DNA of 62,652 bases, the filler included, from Sphaeroforma arctica JP610 (lineage: Eukaryota), in the NCBI RefSeq assembly GCF_001186125.1. It is 6 parts of 3 records of this genome, joined end to end, with 100 filler letters (N's around TTAATTAATTAA, not from the genome) between each part and the next. Parts side by side here need not be neighbours in the genome. Positions count along the whole stretch, not along the records: positions 1 to 12,659 come from NW_014040556.1; 5 more parts are not named here. The stretch is one strand, 5' to 3'. A program made the position numbers and the translations under genes. Below the pieces are notes generated by a model. It was given only the letters and a program-made list of their open reading frames with translations. It ran no database searches and was not told the origin of the DNA. Positions within the stretch are counted from its first letter, which is position 1. The number at the start of each line of letters is the position of its first letter. This document shows, piece after piece, positions 1 through 9,667 of this stretch.

Positions 1-395
1 GAGAGCCTGGCACCGGTGCCGCCGATACGTTGACGTCCGCCATGGGGCGAGAGAGCCTGGCCCCGGGGCCAGGACGCCCGTCGTGGGTGCGAGAGAAGAG
101 CCTCACCTCTTTTACTAGTGACGATTAATATTTTGTGTTGTTGACCACAATGACGAGAGAGAACCCCCGGGACAGGACTGGCACCCCTGGTGGATGGTAT
201 TTGTGTTACTGAGCACAATGGCGAGCGGCGCAAGCCTGGTGGTGCGGAGTCTCTGAGACCCTGGTGGCGCGGGCTACGGGGTTGATGAAGCCGCCCAGGT
301 CCATGAAGGTCCAGTGCCGGGTGTCCACCAGACCCCTGCCCGCCAGCCCCGTCCCCCAGGCGTGGCTTGGAAAAATAAAAATCATACTTGGACTT

Positions 396-431
396 TTTTC
401 ATTTTCATTTTCATTTTCATTTTCATTTTCA
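396..431 (+). repeat. (TTTTCA)6 tandem repeat upstream of the 983-aa ORF
   Basis: Six exact copies read directly. Confidence 0.9.
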
Positions 432-534
432 TTTCGCCTATATAACCAGCTCCCCCAGACCCCAGAAAGTCACTTTTCACTTCTAGTGTAACTACAACTT
501 CCAAATCCACTCTACTATTCCATTCTATTCTACC

Positions 535-3486
535 ATGTCTGCCCAACAGGAATCCAAGTGGCTCGGCGGCAACGTCCAGCTCTTCAATATTCTCAAGGTC
601 CAGATGGTCGCTGCCCCTCAGCAGCGCGTGGTCCAGTTCGAGAACAAGGGCTGTGTGGACGCCTATGTCAGCACCGTCACCGAGGTCGCGGCCGCCGACC
701 CCGCGCTTGGCCAGATCCGCCACGTGGGCACCGTCGAGTACTACCACCGTCCCGAGGACCAGAGAGTCGTGCTCGCCGGCGGCGGCCACCGTTTCCACAT
801 TACCTTCTGCATCGCCATCGTGCTCCGCTACCTCGGACTCCGCGTCTACTCGCAGTACACGGCCGCCGTCGACGCCGGAGCCGCCACCGATGCCGCGATC
901 GAGGGCGCCATTGACCGGCTGCTCAGTCTCGTGAACGAGCTCGCCAGCTGCTTCGTCCAGCGCGACGACCGGGCCGGCAACTGCACCATGAACTACGTGT
1001 CCAACATGCGGGGCCAAAACCGGTTCCTCCGAGCCCTGGCCTTCTTCCGTCTGCCCGCGGACATGGACGCCGAGGACCTCGATGCCGTTGAGATGTACCC
1101 CCACATTAAGCCCAGCAGCAGGACCCACAACGCCGCCTTTGCCTCCAAGTACTGCCAGGCTTTCGAGGAGGCCTTTTGCGACTCGCGCATGCTGCAGTTC
1201 GCGACCTCGGCCATGTTTGGCTACCGACACTTTAGCATGCCAGTCACCTCGATGCTCAACTGCGACGCCGTCGTGGACATCCTGCACTTTCTCCGTACCG
1301 ACGAGCCCCGCTGGCTGGACGCCTGCGTGGCCACCAGCACCCTGGCCGCCGGCTGTGCCACCGCCATCAAGGTCGAGTCCCTCAAGATGAACCGGCCGTC
1401 GATAATGGACTCCAACAAGTTCCTGTCCCCCCTGACCCCCGCCTGCCGCATCCACTCTGCCATAGTGTCCCGCCTCGGCGCCGTCGCCGACAGCACCGCC
1501 ATCTGCCTCGAGATCAACACGTACATTGACACCATGACCTCGCTGGTGCCGTTCCAGGCGACCACCACCGGGCTGCCCATGGACGCCTCGCAGGTCCAGG
1601 TCATGTACCTGCACGCCTCGCTCTTCAAACACGTCCTGGCCAAGACCATGGCGCTGTCGATCTCGGAGTGCACGGCGCTGGAGAAGGCCAAGTCCACCCC
1701 CGCGGCCTGCGGCGCGTACATGCCCAGGAGCGACACTGCCTGCGAGTTCCTGGCCCTCCGGTACTGCAGCTCGGCCATGGCCGTCAGCTCTCTGATGGCC
1801 GGCGAGGTCCACCGCGGCTTTGCGAACGAGTACCTCTGGAACACGGCCAGCCTGGCGGACCTCGACGCTACGCTTGGCAAGCTGCGGGGCGGCAACTACC
1901 CCACCCTCGTCGCGCCGGTCCTGTCCCTGCTGGAGACCTTCTACTACCGGGTGACGGGTACCCGGACCCGCCTGTGCGCCGCCTACCGGGAGTTTGCCAT
2001 CACCGAGACCTGGGACTACCTGCAGACGCTGCTGGAGCACAGTAGCCATTTTGATGACGAGATCTTTGGTGCCGCACAGTCGGACGAGGACACCGCTGTG
2101 GCCGCCGCCCGCAAGCTCGCGGTCTCGCTGTACGGGGCCTACGAGAACGGACTCCGGAGCCTCGGGGGCAAGGTCTGCGCGTCGCTGCGACAGGCCGGGG
2201 TGGGCGCGCTCGTGGGCGCGGCCCGTCTCTGCGACCGAGACTCGGTGTTCTTCAGCTTTGAGGCCTTCAGGACGCACATCCGGCTGCTCCTGGGGCCCGA
2301 GCTCGCGACTGCGCCGCTGCGGGTGAAGACGGCGGACATTTCGGCCATGTGCGGACAGCTGGCCTCGGAGATTGAGGTTCTGATCAGCCTGGAGCTTGTT
2401 GTGTCCCTCAGTATGCCCCGCCGGGACGGCGACAACGTCAACACGCTCGTCGGGGACGCGCAGGACAAGAACTTCTCTCGGCCGACCCGCGAGCACCTGA
2501 CCTACCCGACCTGGGTGAAGTCCGTGCCGACCACCCAGAAGAGGGCGGTGATCCACCTGGACAGGCTCATGCAGCTGATGCCGTCTGCGAACTGGACCGA
2601 TGAGGACGGCCCAGAGGACGAGGACGACGAGAACACCTGGGGCCTGGACGGCCTCGACGACGGGGACGTGGAGGTCGGCGCTGCGGGGTACGACTTCCCG
2701 CTGCGGACGGCGGCGACGGCGATGATCCTGGCTGGACGCGACCGTGTCCTGGGACTGGCGGGCTTTGACCTCGCGGAGTCGCTGGGCGATGCGACCTACA
2801 AGCTGGCCGCCGAGTCCCTGGTGGCCATCAGCGTCTTCCGCCTCAACGCGTCCAACAAGGTGCTCTACAATGTGCTGCAGCGGGTGCCCGAATACGCCGG
2901 GTCCACCGAGAGCGGCGAGCTGCCCCGCCGCACCCAGGTGCTCAAGTGCGACAACGCCACGGTGACCCTGCCGAAGGGCCTGGCCACCTCGCCGCTCCCG
3001 GTGGGCGACTTTGTGATCCCGTACGACCTGCTGGTCCGCTCGGCTCTGATCCGCACTGGCCGCCGCCGGGACGAGGACTCTGCCGCCTACTGTGCCGTGA
3101 GGGCGCTGCCCATCGCGGACAGGTACGATGCGTTCATGCAGCACGCCCACGAGGCCGTCTCGGTCATCACGTGGGGCGTCTACCTGGAGCTCAAGCGCCT
3201 GTTTGTCTTTTCCTACGGGACCAAGTTTGCGGGCGAGGCCCGGCCGCCGCTAGGGGAGCTCGCGATGGCCAGCACCAGGCCCCAGCACCAAGGCAGGGCC
3301 AAGGCCAAGGCCAAGGCTCCGGCCGCCAGCCGCAAGCGCAAGGCCACGATGCCGGACGTCGAGACGGTGCACCAGCGGTCTCTGAAGGTCAAGCGCCGCA
3401 TCGTGGAGTCGTCGGACGAGGCGAGCGAGGCCGAGGAGGACAGCGACAGCGACTGCGAGGAAATTGGCGAGACGGACAGCGAGTAG
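535..3486 (+). CDS. Large viral hypothetical protein (983 aa); possible remote GmrSD/DUF262-like N-terminus; basic NLS-like then acidic C-tail
   Basis: Long ATG-started ORF with G/C-ending codons, flanked by AT-rich spacers; RKRK and KVKRR followed by D/E tail. The CDS is secure, the function is speculative. Confidence 0.85.
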   Translation: MSAQQESKWLGGNVQLFNILKVQMVAAPQQRVVQFENKGCVDAYVSTVTEVAAADPALGQIRHVGTVEYYHRPEDQRVVLAGGGHRFHITFCIAIVLRYLGLRVYSQYTAAVDAGAATDAAIEGAIDRLLSLVNELASCFVQRDDRAGNCTMNYVSNMRGQNRFLRALAFFRLPADMDAEDLDAVEMYPHIKPSSRTHNAAFASKYCQAFEEAFCDSRMLQFATSAMFGYRHFSMPVTSMLNCDAVVDILHFLRTDEPRWLDACVATSTLAAGCATAIKVESLKMNRPSIMDSNKFLSPLTPACRIHSAIVSRLGAVADSTAICLEINTYIDTMTSLVPFQATTTGLPMDASQVQVMYLHASLFKHVLAKTMALSISECTALEKAKSTPAACGAYMPRSDTACEFLALRYCSSAMAVSSLMAGEVHRGFANEYLWNTASLADLDATLGKLRGGNYPTLVAPVLSLLETFYYRVTGTRTRLCAAYREFAITETWDYLQTLLEHSSHFDDEIFGAAQSDEDTAVAAARKLAVSLYGAYENGLRSLGGKVCASLRQAGVGALVGAARLCDRDSVFFSFEAFRTHIRLLLGPELATAPLRVKTADISAMCGQLASEIEVLISLELVVSLSMPRRDGDNVNTLVGDAQDKNFSRPTREHLTYPTWVKSVPTTQKRAVIHLDRLMQLMPSANWTDEDGPEDEDDENTWGLDGLDDGDVEVGAAGYDFPLRTAATAMILAGRDRVLGLAGFDLAESLGDATYKLAAESLVAISVFRLNASNKVLYNVLQRVPEYAGSTESGELPRRTQVLKCDNATVTLPKGLATSPLPVGDFVIPYDLLVRSALIRTGRRRDEDSAAYCAVRALPIADRYDAFMQHAHEAVSVITWGVYLELKRLFVFSYGTKFAGEARPPLGELAMASTRPQHQGRAKAKAKAPAASRKRKATMPDVETVHQRSLKVKRRIVESSDEASEAEEDSDSDCEEIGETDSE

Positions 3487-3537
3487 TTGGTTGGGTTTTT
3501 GTAGAGTTGATGTTAATAAAAAAAATGTTTGCAAACC

Positions 3538-3680
3538 AAAGTCTTTTGCGCTGTAGTCGGGTATACTTTGTGAATCAATAACTCAATCACTATCAAAGTC
3601 TTTTGCATANNNNNNNNNNNNNNNNNNNNGTCGGTATACTTTGCGAATCAATACACCCAATCACTATGATAAGTCTTTTG
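3538..3680 (+). repeat. Imperfect direct repeat (GTCG(G)GTATACTTTG..AATCAATA..CAATCACTAT..AAGTCTTTTG) either side of a 20-N gap
   Basis: Two similar copies seen; may partly be an assembly overlap. Confidence 0.6.
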
Positions 3681-3783
3681 AGGCACGCCTGCGGGGCTTT
3701 CTCAATAAAGGTCAACATTATAATAATAATAAGAATAATAATAAAAATAATAATATCCCACAAGTCTACTAGTTTATTTTTCA

Positions 3784-4653
3784 TCATGTACACACTAGCA
3801 GGTCGAGGAGGTCGTCACACATGGTGAGGCCGCTTCTGTGTCGTATAATTTCCACCAGGGGCACGTCCGCGACACCGACCCCCAGCCGCCCCCGCGGCAG
3901 GTCGCCGAGGTACAGCGGCAGCTTCGACACCTCCACCGAGACGCTCTCGTCGATTGGCGCAAGGTCCAGCGTGGCCACGTACGCGTCCATCAGCTCCAGA
4001 TGAAGCTTTGGGACATCCATCGGGTAGTGCTTGCTACACATCTGCGCGCAGAGGCCCAGGACCCACGTCGCCGCAATGCCTTTCTGGGGTACCGCACCAC
4101 AGACGTAGCACCTCGTCTCCTGCATCGCCCTCGCGTACTGCGTCCACGTCGCGTACCATGGTGGCATGATGGGGAGTGGGATGCCAAACGCGGCCCGGTG
4201 GTTGTACACGTAGCGCTCCACCGCAAGCGGCGGGGCATCGGGAAGCAGAAGCATAGCCGGAGTCAGCCCGGACCGCTGAATGAGGGCCTCGAGCGCCCAG
4301 TCAGCCACTTCAAACGGCCCCGGCGAGATACTGAGGTTGCACTTTGGCGCCCACGTCCAGAGCGCCTTTACGTGCTGGCCGAGCGCGTCCAAGAGGCCCG
4401 AGAGCTCTAGTCGGAGCTCGAGCCACTGGGCCACATCAAGGCTCGCGTAGCCGTGGTCCTGGAACACGGCCACCGCGTGTAGTGGGTCTTTCCCCGCCAG
4501 GCCCACGACGGCCGCCACGACCTGCGCGGGGAAGGGCACGTAGACGCCGAAGGGGCCGCCGTGGACGCGCTGGCTGTAGATGACCACCGAGCTCAGCGCG
4601 ACAACGCTGTCCACCGTGCACGGCCCGTCCGAACAGTGGAGTGTCATCTGCAT
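3784..4653 (-). CDS. Viral protein with SKP1/BTB-POZ-like N-terminus and a C-terminal Cys/His cluster
   Basis: TLHCSDG..VDSVVALSSVVI..VPFP..VVAAVV..LELSGLLDAL parallels SKP1 (KLQSSDG..VDVEIAKQSVTI..VPLP..ILKKVI..LDIKGLLDVT); CYVC...CAQMCSKH is a putative zinc site. Confidence 0.6.
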   Translation of the reverse strand: MQMTLHCSDGPCTVDSVVALSSVVIYSQRVHGGPFGVYVPFPAQVVAAVVGLAGKDPLHAVAVFQDHGYASLDVAQWLELRLELSGLLDALGQHVKALWTWAPKCNLSISPGPFEVADWALEALIQRSGLTPAMLLLPDAPPLAVERYVYNHRAAFGIPLPIMPPWYATWTQYARAMQETRCYVCGAVPQKGIAATWVLGLCAQMCSKHYPMDVPKLHLELMDAYVATLDLAPIDESVSVEVSKLPLYLGDLPRGRLGVGVADVPLVEIIRHRSGLTMCDDLLDLLVCT

Positions 4654-4724
4654 GCTGTCAATGTCTCCTGTGTAAAACTGACACGCAAGGTGAAATGTCC
4701 CCTGTGTAAAAAGAAAAAAAATAA

Positions 4725-6425
4725 TTAGTCAGAGTCGTCGTTTTCGCTCGCATAATCGCCATAGTTCCGGTCTCGCTTTCGCTCGCGTCGGCCGTGGCCA
4801 GAGGCCGCCATGGCCATAAAGTCCGCGTACATGTCGGGCAGTATGGTGCCCAGCCGGCCTCGGACCATCAGCTCGGCCGGGATGTCTAGCAGCATGAGCC
4901 ACCGCACGTCCATGTTTTTTGTCCTCTCCTGGTTCTCCCCGTACGTGATCAAGACACGGTCTTCGCTGACTGTGCTTGCAATAACCCGTACCAAGCGCGG
5001 GTCTCTGCCGGACACGACTCTGGCCCCAGGCACGAGGTAGGTCTCATAGGCCTCCGCAAACTCGTTGATGGCGCCGGCGTACGCGGTGATCGTCCTCTGG
5101 AGCTGGCGATGTGAGATCGACGCAAAGTAGTCGTGTATCTCGCCCATAGCCAGGTCTGGGAAGGCGACTCGGATGTGCAGGAACAGCATCGTCCACGCGT
5201 TGCAGAAGCCCTCATCCCTTGGATTCCTCAGCTGGGGCCCCGTGGTCGGGCAGGAAAGGTGCAGCGGGACATACCAGAAGCCGAGGTGGCTCAGGCGCTT
5301 CGCCACATAAGCCGACAGCTGGTCGTCCAGTTCCTGCTGCAAGACCCGGTTGTTGCACCCGTGCGGCTCAAAGCGCTCGATTTTCCCCGTGCGCTTATCG
5401 AGGATCAGGGTGTTGGCATGGTCCCAGTCACCTGGCTTGTGGAGATGCATGATTATAAAAATGTAGCGCACGCCATCTTGTGCGTTACACGCCCTTACTA
5501 GTCGCAGCATACCACCCCAGTTCGACAGCCGCCGCGTGTTGGTATTATAAAACAGCTCCAGGGTGCTCACGGACGCACACGCACTGGGGTAGAGTCGTCC
5601 GATAACGTCACGCCACCTGGTGGTGGCCCAGCTCGACGCGTACGTCTCCGCGGTAAGCGCCGTGAAATTCAACTGGTTGTATGTACCGGGAAGAATGGCC
5701 TGCAGCCCGTGCTGTACTGCAACCACGTGTGGCATCTGTAGGAAAACGGACCCCGGGGCTGGGCGCCAGTCGTCAGACACAACCTGTGGCAGTGGGGGTG
5801 AATCGCCGACGTTAACCACCTCGGTGCCGGGCACTGGGGGTTTCTTATACACGGCCTTGAATCTGTCCAGGGCAGCTCGGAATACCGATAAGCCCTTGCG
5901 CCCAACGTCCTCCAGGGCTCTGGTGGCCTCGTTGGGACTGAGAAGCAGCTCTTCTACGTACCTGAGCTGGTAGTAGAAGGTAATATAGGCAAGCGCATTC
6001 CGGGAGGCAAAGGGTGGTACAGTCACCAGGACAATGTTGAAGTCGCCGATCTCGAGCGGCAGGATGTCGTACAGTGCGTCAGCGACCGTCTCCTCCGAAA
6101 ACGGTAGCTCGCCCGAGGTGGGGACCAGGATCTCTATCGTTGCATCGGCGGCAGAGACCACCAGAAGCCCGGCTCGCCATTTCGGGCCACACTGGACCAC
6201 GAGTCTGATTGGGACAAACCGCGGCTCTTGTTCGAGGAACTGTGGGATCCGCCCCAGGAGCTGGGACGTTGTGTCGTCTAAGGGGGCAAACGATTCGAGG
6301 TTGTGTGGATACACGAGTTCTGTGGGGACCAGCGATTCGCGGTCACGCGGATACACGAGTTCTGCGAGAGCAAACCGCCAGAGCCGCGGATGGTGCATGA
6401 CTGCATATCTGGCGAGCGTGGACAT
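4725..6425 (-). CDS. Clan CE (Ulp1-like) cysteine protease, NCLDV type, paralog 1
   Basis: HANTLILD (H336), IERFEPHG (E353), CPTTGPQ (Q398), GFCNAW (C408): the His, acid, oxyanion Gln, Cys order of clan CE. Confidence 0.8.
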   Translation of the reverse strand: MSTLARYAVMHHPRLWRFALAELVYPRDRESLVPTELVYPHNLESFAPLDDTTSQLLGRIPQFLEQEPRFVPIRLVVQCGPKWRAGLLVVSAADATIEILVPTSGELPFSEETVADALYDILPLEIGDFNIVLVTVPPFASRNALAYITFYYQLRYVEELLLSPNEATRALEDVGRKGLSVFRAALDRFKAVYKKPPVPGTEVVNVGDSPPLPQVVSDDWRPAPGSVFLQMPHVVAVQHGLQAILPGTYNQLNFTALTAETYASSWATTRWRDVIGRLYPSACASVSTLELFYNTNTRRLSNWGGMLRLVRACNAQDGVRYIFIIMHLHKPGDWDHANTLILDKRTGKIERFEPHGCNNRVLQQELDDQLSAYVAKRLSHLGFWYVPLHLSCPTTGPQLRNPRDEGFCNAWTMLFLHIRVAFPDLAMGEIHDYFASISHRQLQRTITAYAGAINEFAEAYETYLVPGARVVSGRDPRLVRVIASTVSEDRVLITYGENQERTKNMDVRWLMLLDIPAELMVRGRLGTILPDMYADFMAMAASGHGRRERKRDRNYGDYASENDDSD

Positions 6426-6480
6426 TTTTTTGACTGTATTATTTTATTCCAGAGCTAAAAAGATAATTTGCGCGCCAACC

Positions 6481-8067
6481 CTAAAAAGTTAATGTTTTAG
6501 AGTCTAATGCAACAAAGTCCTCGTACACGTCTGGCAGTACTACTTCCAGCCGGCCCATCGCCATAAGCTCTGCGGGCGGATGTGAAAGCATCAGATGCCC
6601 GACCGGAACCGTCTTTGTCCTTCCGTTGCCTCTCTTTATCAATACCGTGTCATCGTCGCCACTGTACGCTGCTATCACCCACACGCGTGGCGGACCAAGG
6701 GGTAAGACAACTCTGGCCCCATGTACAAAGTGGGTCCTGTAGGCGCTCATAAACAGATTGATGGCCTCGGCGTACCTTGTGATGATGCCGTGTAGCCGGT
6801 GGCGTGAAACGGTATTGAAGAACTCGTGCAGCTCGTCAACCACAAGTCCGGGAAACGCGACCCGCACATGGATAAACAGCAGAGCCCAGGCATTGCAGAA
6901 CCCATTGTCCAAAGTGTCCCTACGCTGAGGGCCGATTCTGGGACAGGCCAGCTCTAGAGGTAGGTAGCGAAACCCAAGGTGGCCCATATACGCAGCAAGG
7001 CTATCCTCCAACTTGTCGATTTTGTAGCTGAACACGCGATGCCCGTGGGGCTCGAAGCGTTCCACGAACCGCGTCTGTGTATCGAACACAAGCATGTTTG
7101 CGTGGTGGGATTCGTTGGATGTGTGGATACTCAGGCTTATAAAGATGTAGCGAACTGCGTCTTGCGCATTACATGCCTCTACGGCTTGTACTGTACCACC
7201 CACGTCCACCAGCTCCTCACTAGTAAGATCATAATACAGCTCGAGATTTGTTATGTCGCGACATGTGCCGGGGTAGAGTTTGCAGATAACGTCAACCCAA
7301 CGTCGCGTGATGTAGGATTTAAAAGAGTCGTCGTCCGGGGACTTAAATTTTAGCACGTTGTAGGTGTCGGGCAGTATCACCTCCAAGCGGTACTGTGCGG
7401 CAAGGAATGCTGGTACCTGCGCAAGAACTGTACGCTCGTCGGTAAGCCAATTGTCCGGCCAGTCGTCTGACATCCTCACCGGCGCCAGCATTGGATGGCC
7501 AACCCGTACCACCGCAGTGTTGTTGACTGGTCGTATCGTATACATGGCCTTGAATCTGTCCAAGGCAGCTTGGAATACAGATAAGCCCTCGCGCCCAATG
7601 TCACCCAGGACTCTGGTGGCCTCGCCTGGACTCAAAAGCAGCTCTTCTACGTACCGGAGCTGGTAGTATAGGGTAATATAGGCAAGCGCGTTCCGTGCGG
7701 CAAAGGGTGGTACAGTCACCAGGACAATGTGTTTGTGCGACACTTCGATTTGCAGGCTACGAGCCAGGGCCCTTGCGATAGTGACCTTGCTAAAAGGTAG
7801 CTCACGCACGGTTGTGACAAGGATCTCAACGACTTTATCAAGGGCAGAGATTACCACGAGCCCGGCGCGCCATTTCCCGTTTATTTCAACTAGGAGTCTC
7901 ATCGGAACAAACCTTGGCTTCGTTTTGAGGTGTGGGCGTATGAACTGGACTACCGTGTCGTCGAAGGGAGCAAACGCCTCCTGGTCCCGCCGGTACACGA
8001 GCTCCGTCAGCGCAAGCTGCGAGAGCTTGGGGTGGTGCATGACTACATATCGCGTAAGGGTGGACAA
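6481..8067 (-). CDS. Clan CE (Ulp1-like) cysteine protease, paralog 2 (TTG at the paralogous start; first ATG at 8040)
   Basis: HANMLVFD, VERFEPHG, CPRIGPQ, GFCNAW; collinear with paralog 1 along the whole length, e.g. YQLRYVEELLLSP is identical. Confidence 0.8.
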   Translation of the reverse strand: MSTLTRYVVMHHPKLSQLALTELVYRRDQEAFAPFDDTVVQFIRPHLKTKPRFVPMRLLVEINGKWRAGLVVISALDKVVEILVTTVRELPFSKVTIARALARSLQIEVSHKHIVLVTVPPFAARNALAYITLYYQLRYVEELLLSPGEATRVLGDIGREGLSVFQAALDRFKAMYTIRPVNNTAVVRVGHPMLAPVRMSDDWPDNWLTDERTVLAQVPAFLAAQYRLEVILPDTYNVLKFKSPDDDSFKSYITRRWVDVICKLYPGTCRDITNLELYYDLTSEELVDVGGTVQAVEACNAQDAVRYIFISLSIHTSNESHHANMLVFDTQTRFVERFEPHGHRVFSYKIDKLEDSLAAYMGHLGFRYLPLELACPRIGPQRRDTLDNGFCNAWALLFIHVRVAFPGLVVDELHEFFNTVSRHRLHGIITRYAEAINLFMSAYRTHFVHGARVVLPLGPPRVWVIAAYSGDDDTVLIKRGNGRTKTVPVGHLMLSHPPAELMAMGRLEVVLPDVYEDFVALDSKTLTF

Positions 8068-8096
8068 TTTTTATTTTTTTTTGAACGTTTATTTAG

Positions 8097-9431
8097 TTAC
8101 CAAGGTAATTTTTCTACATACTGCCTAAAGTGCCACGTGTTCATCAAAAAGCGCCCCAGCTCGTCAATGCACGTGTGCCAGTCGGCGTCCGTCTCGGGGA
8201 GCACAAACATCTCCATGAGCTTCTCGTAGCTGGGTGGGACAGCGATTGTGTTTCTGACCGCCGGGCCAAAGCGGCGGCAGGTGGCGAGCAGGTCCATTTT
8301 CCGGCCATCCCAGGTCCGCCTGTCCAGGGGGCACAGCGATACGTAGGGGTTTGTTCCGTGAACAGAATTTCTGACAAAGACGCCAATGTCGGACAGTTTC
8401 TCCCGATCGCCCGGCGTCACGGGATCCATGTAGACCTCGTCCGCCCACCTGTCCTGGCTCGGGTCAAGGTACGCGCAGAAGCAGAGCACCTTGTCCAGGC
8501 CCTCGATCGTCGTCAGCGCCAGATAGCTGGGGAGCGGCAGGTCTCGGTAACGCGTGTACCACAGGACATAGAAGGGGCACCCCGTGGCCACGGCTATGCG
8601 GCCCAGCTGCAGCAGGATGCGGTTGTTGTCGAGATCGGCCTTCTGGAACAGCAGCACAAGGCGATGGTCGGGGGCCGCGATAACGGCTGTCCAGGCGGGG
8701 GTAACGAACGCGTCGTGGGCGGGGGCCGCGAGCACCGTGCTCCAGAGCTCCGCCAGCATGGCATGCTCCTCAAACAGGACCAGCGACTCTCGCACCACAG
8801 CCTCCCACTCTGCGGGCGTGTTCATGGTAAGCAGGCGGCGGTAGAGATACGGGACTCTGAGGTCCGCGTCCAGGTCGTGGCTGGACATGTGTAGGTAGGG
8901 CAGCAGGGCCCCGGGGAGCTTGGGGAGCTGCGTCGTATCGCCCAGTGGGCGGTTGTTTGCGTAGATCTCAGCGGCGATTTGGCGATCGGGTTCTATAGGA
9001 TAGTACTGCGTCACAACGGCGACACTGGCCGTGTAGACGGAGTCCAGCTCCGCGGCCGTGGCGGACGCGTAGTAGCCGCGGGCACGGGCGGCAAAGAAGA
9101 AGGCAAAGGCCCGGTGGTTCAGCACGGCTCTGAGGGTGGGCAGCATGCTCTGGGGCACCGGTGTACCGCCGGGGGCGAGCCGCTGTATGGCAATGTGCGG
9201 CTGGGACGCGCGGATCGCATTCGCAATGCACGAGGACGCGGAGGCCGGCCGTAAACGCTTCGGGGTCAGGCGTGGAGTCCAGACCGTCTGACACTTGCTT
9301 GGTGTGCCCGGGAACGATGTACCCGAGAGAGACCGCTGGGTGAGCTGACCGAGGGCTTCCTCGGCAGGGGGGAGTTCGGGGGTTGTGGAACGACTGGATC
9401 TGGGTCGAGTGCAGTCGATGGGCTCGGACAT
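8097..9431 (-). CDS. Viral hypothetical protein (444 aa) with S/T-P-rich N-terminus
   Basis: ATG-started ORF filling the space between neighbours, G/C-ending codons; no family recognised. Confidence 0.75.
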   Translation of the reverse strand: MSEPIDCTRPRSSRSTTPELPPAEEALGQLTQRSLSGTSFPGTPSKCQTVWTPRLTPKRLRPASASSCIANAIRASQPHIAIQRLAPGGTPVPQSMLPTLRAVLNHRAFAFFFAARARGYYASATAAELDSVYTASVAVVTQYYPIEPDRQIAAEIYANNRPLGDTTQLPKLPGALLPYLHMSSHDLDADLRVPYLYRRLLTMNTPAEWEAVVRESLVLFEEHAMLAELWSTVLAAPAHDAFVTPAWTAVIAAPDHRLVLLFQKADLDNNRILLQLGRIAVATGCPFYVLWYTRYRDLPLPSYLALTTIEGLDKVLCFCAYLDPSQDRWADEVYMDPVTPGDREKLSDIGVFVRNSVHGTNPYVSLCPLDRRTWDGRKMDLLATCRRFGPAVRNTIAVPPSYEKLMEMFVLPETDADWHTCIDELGRFLMNTWHFRQYVEKLPW

Positions 9432-9520
9432 GGTTGCTAGGGCTCGGTATAGAAGGCAAGACGTCGTGAATATGTAGATTGTACTACATGTACATATTCC
9501 GGATGTGCATCTGTGGTATT

Positions 9521-9537
9521 TATATATATATGCGCGC

Positions 9538-9611
<74 letters not shown>
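9521..9611 (+). repeat. Compound microsatellite (TA)5-(GC)n-(TG)35 inside the viral block
   Basis: Read directly, no gap on either side. Confidence 0.95.
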
Positions 9612-9612
<1 letters not shown>

Positions 9613-9667
9613 TTTTTTTTTTTTAGGGGCGATTGGTGAGGCCTGACTGATCGTCATTTCAGTTATT

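Noticed and set aside
382..3150. 922-aa antisense ORF, and similar ones at 13294-14541, 18383-19387 and 19415-21361
   Set aside because: Shadow ORFs of high-GC3 genes on the opposite strand, with no motifs.
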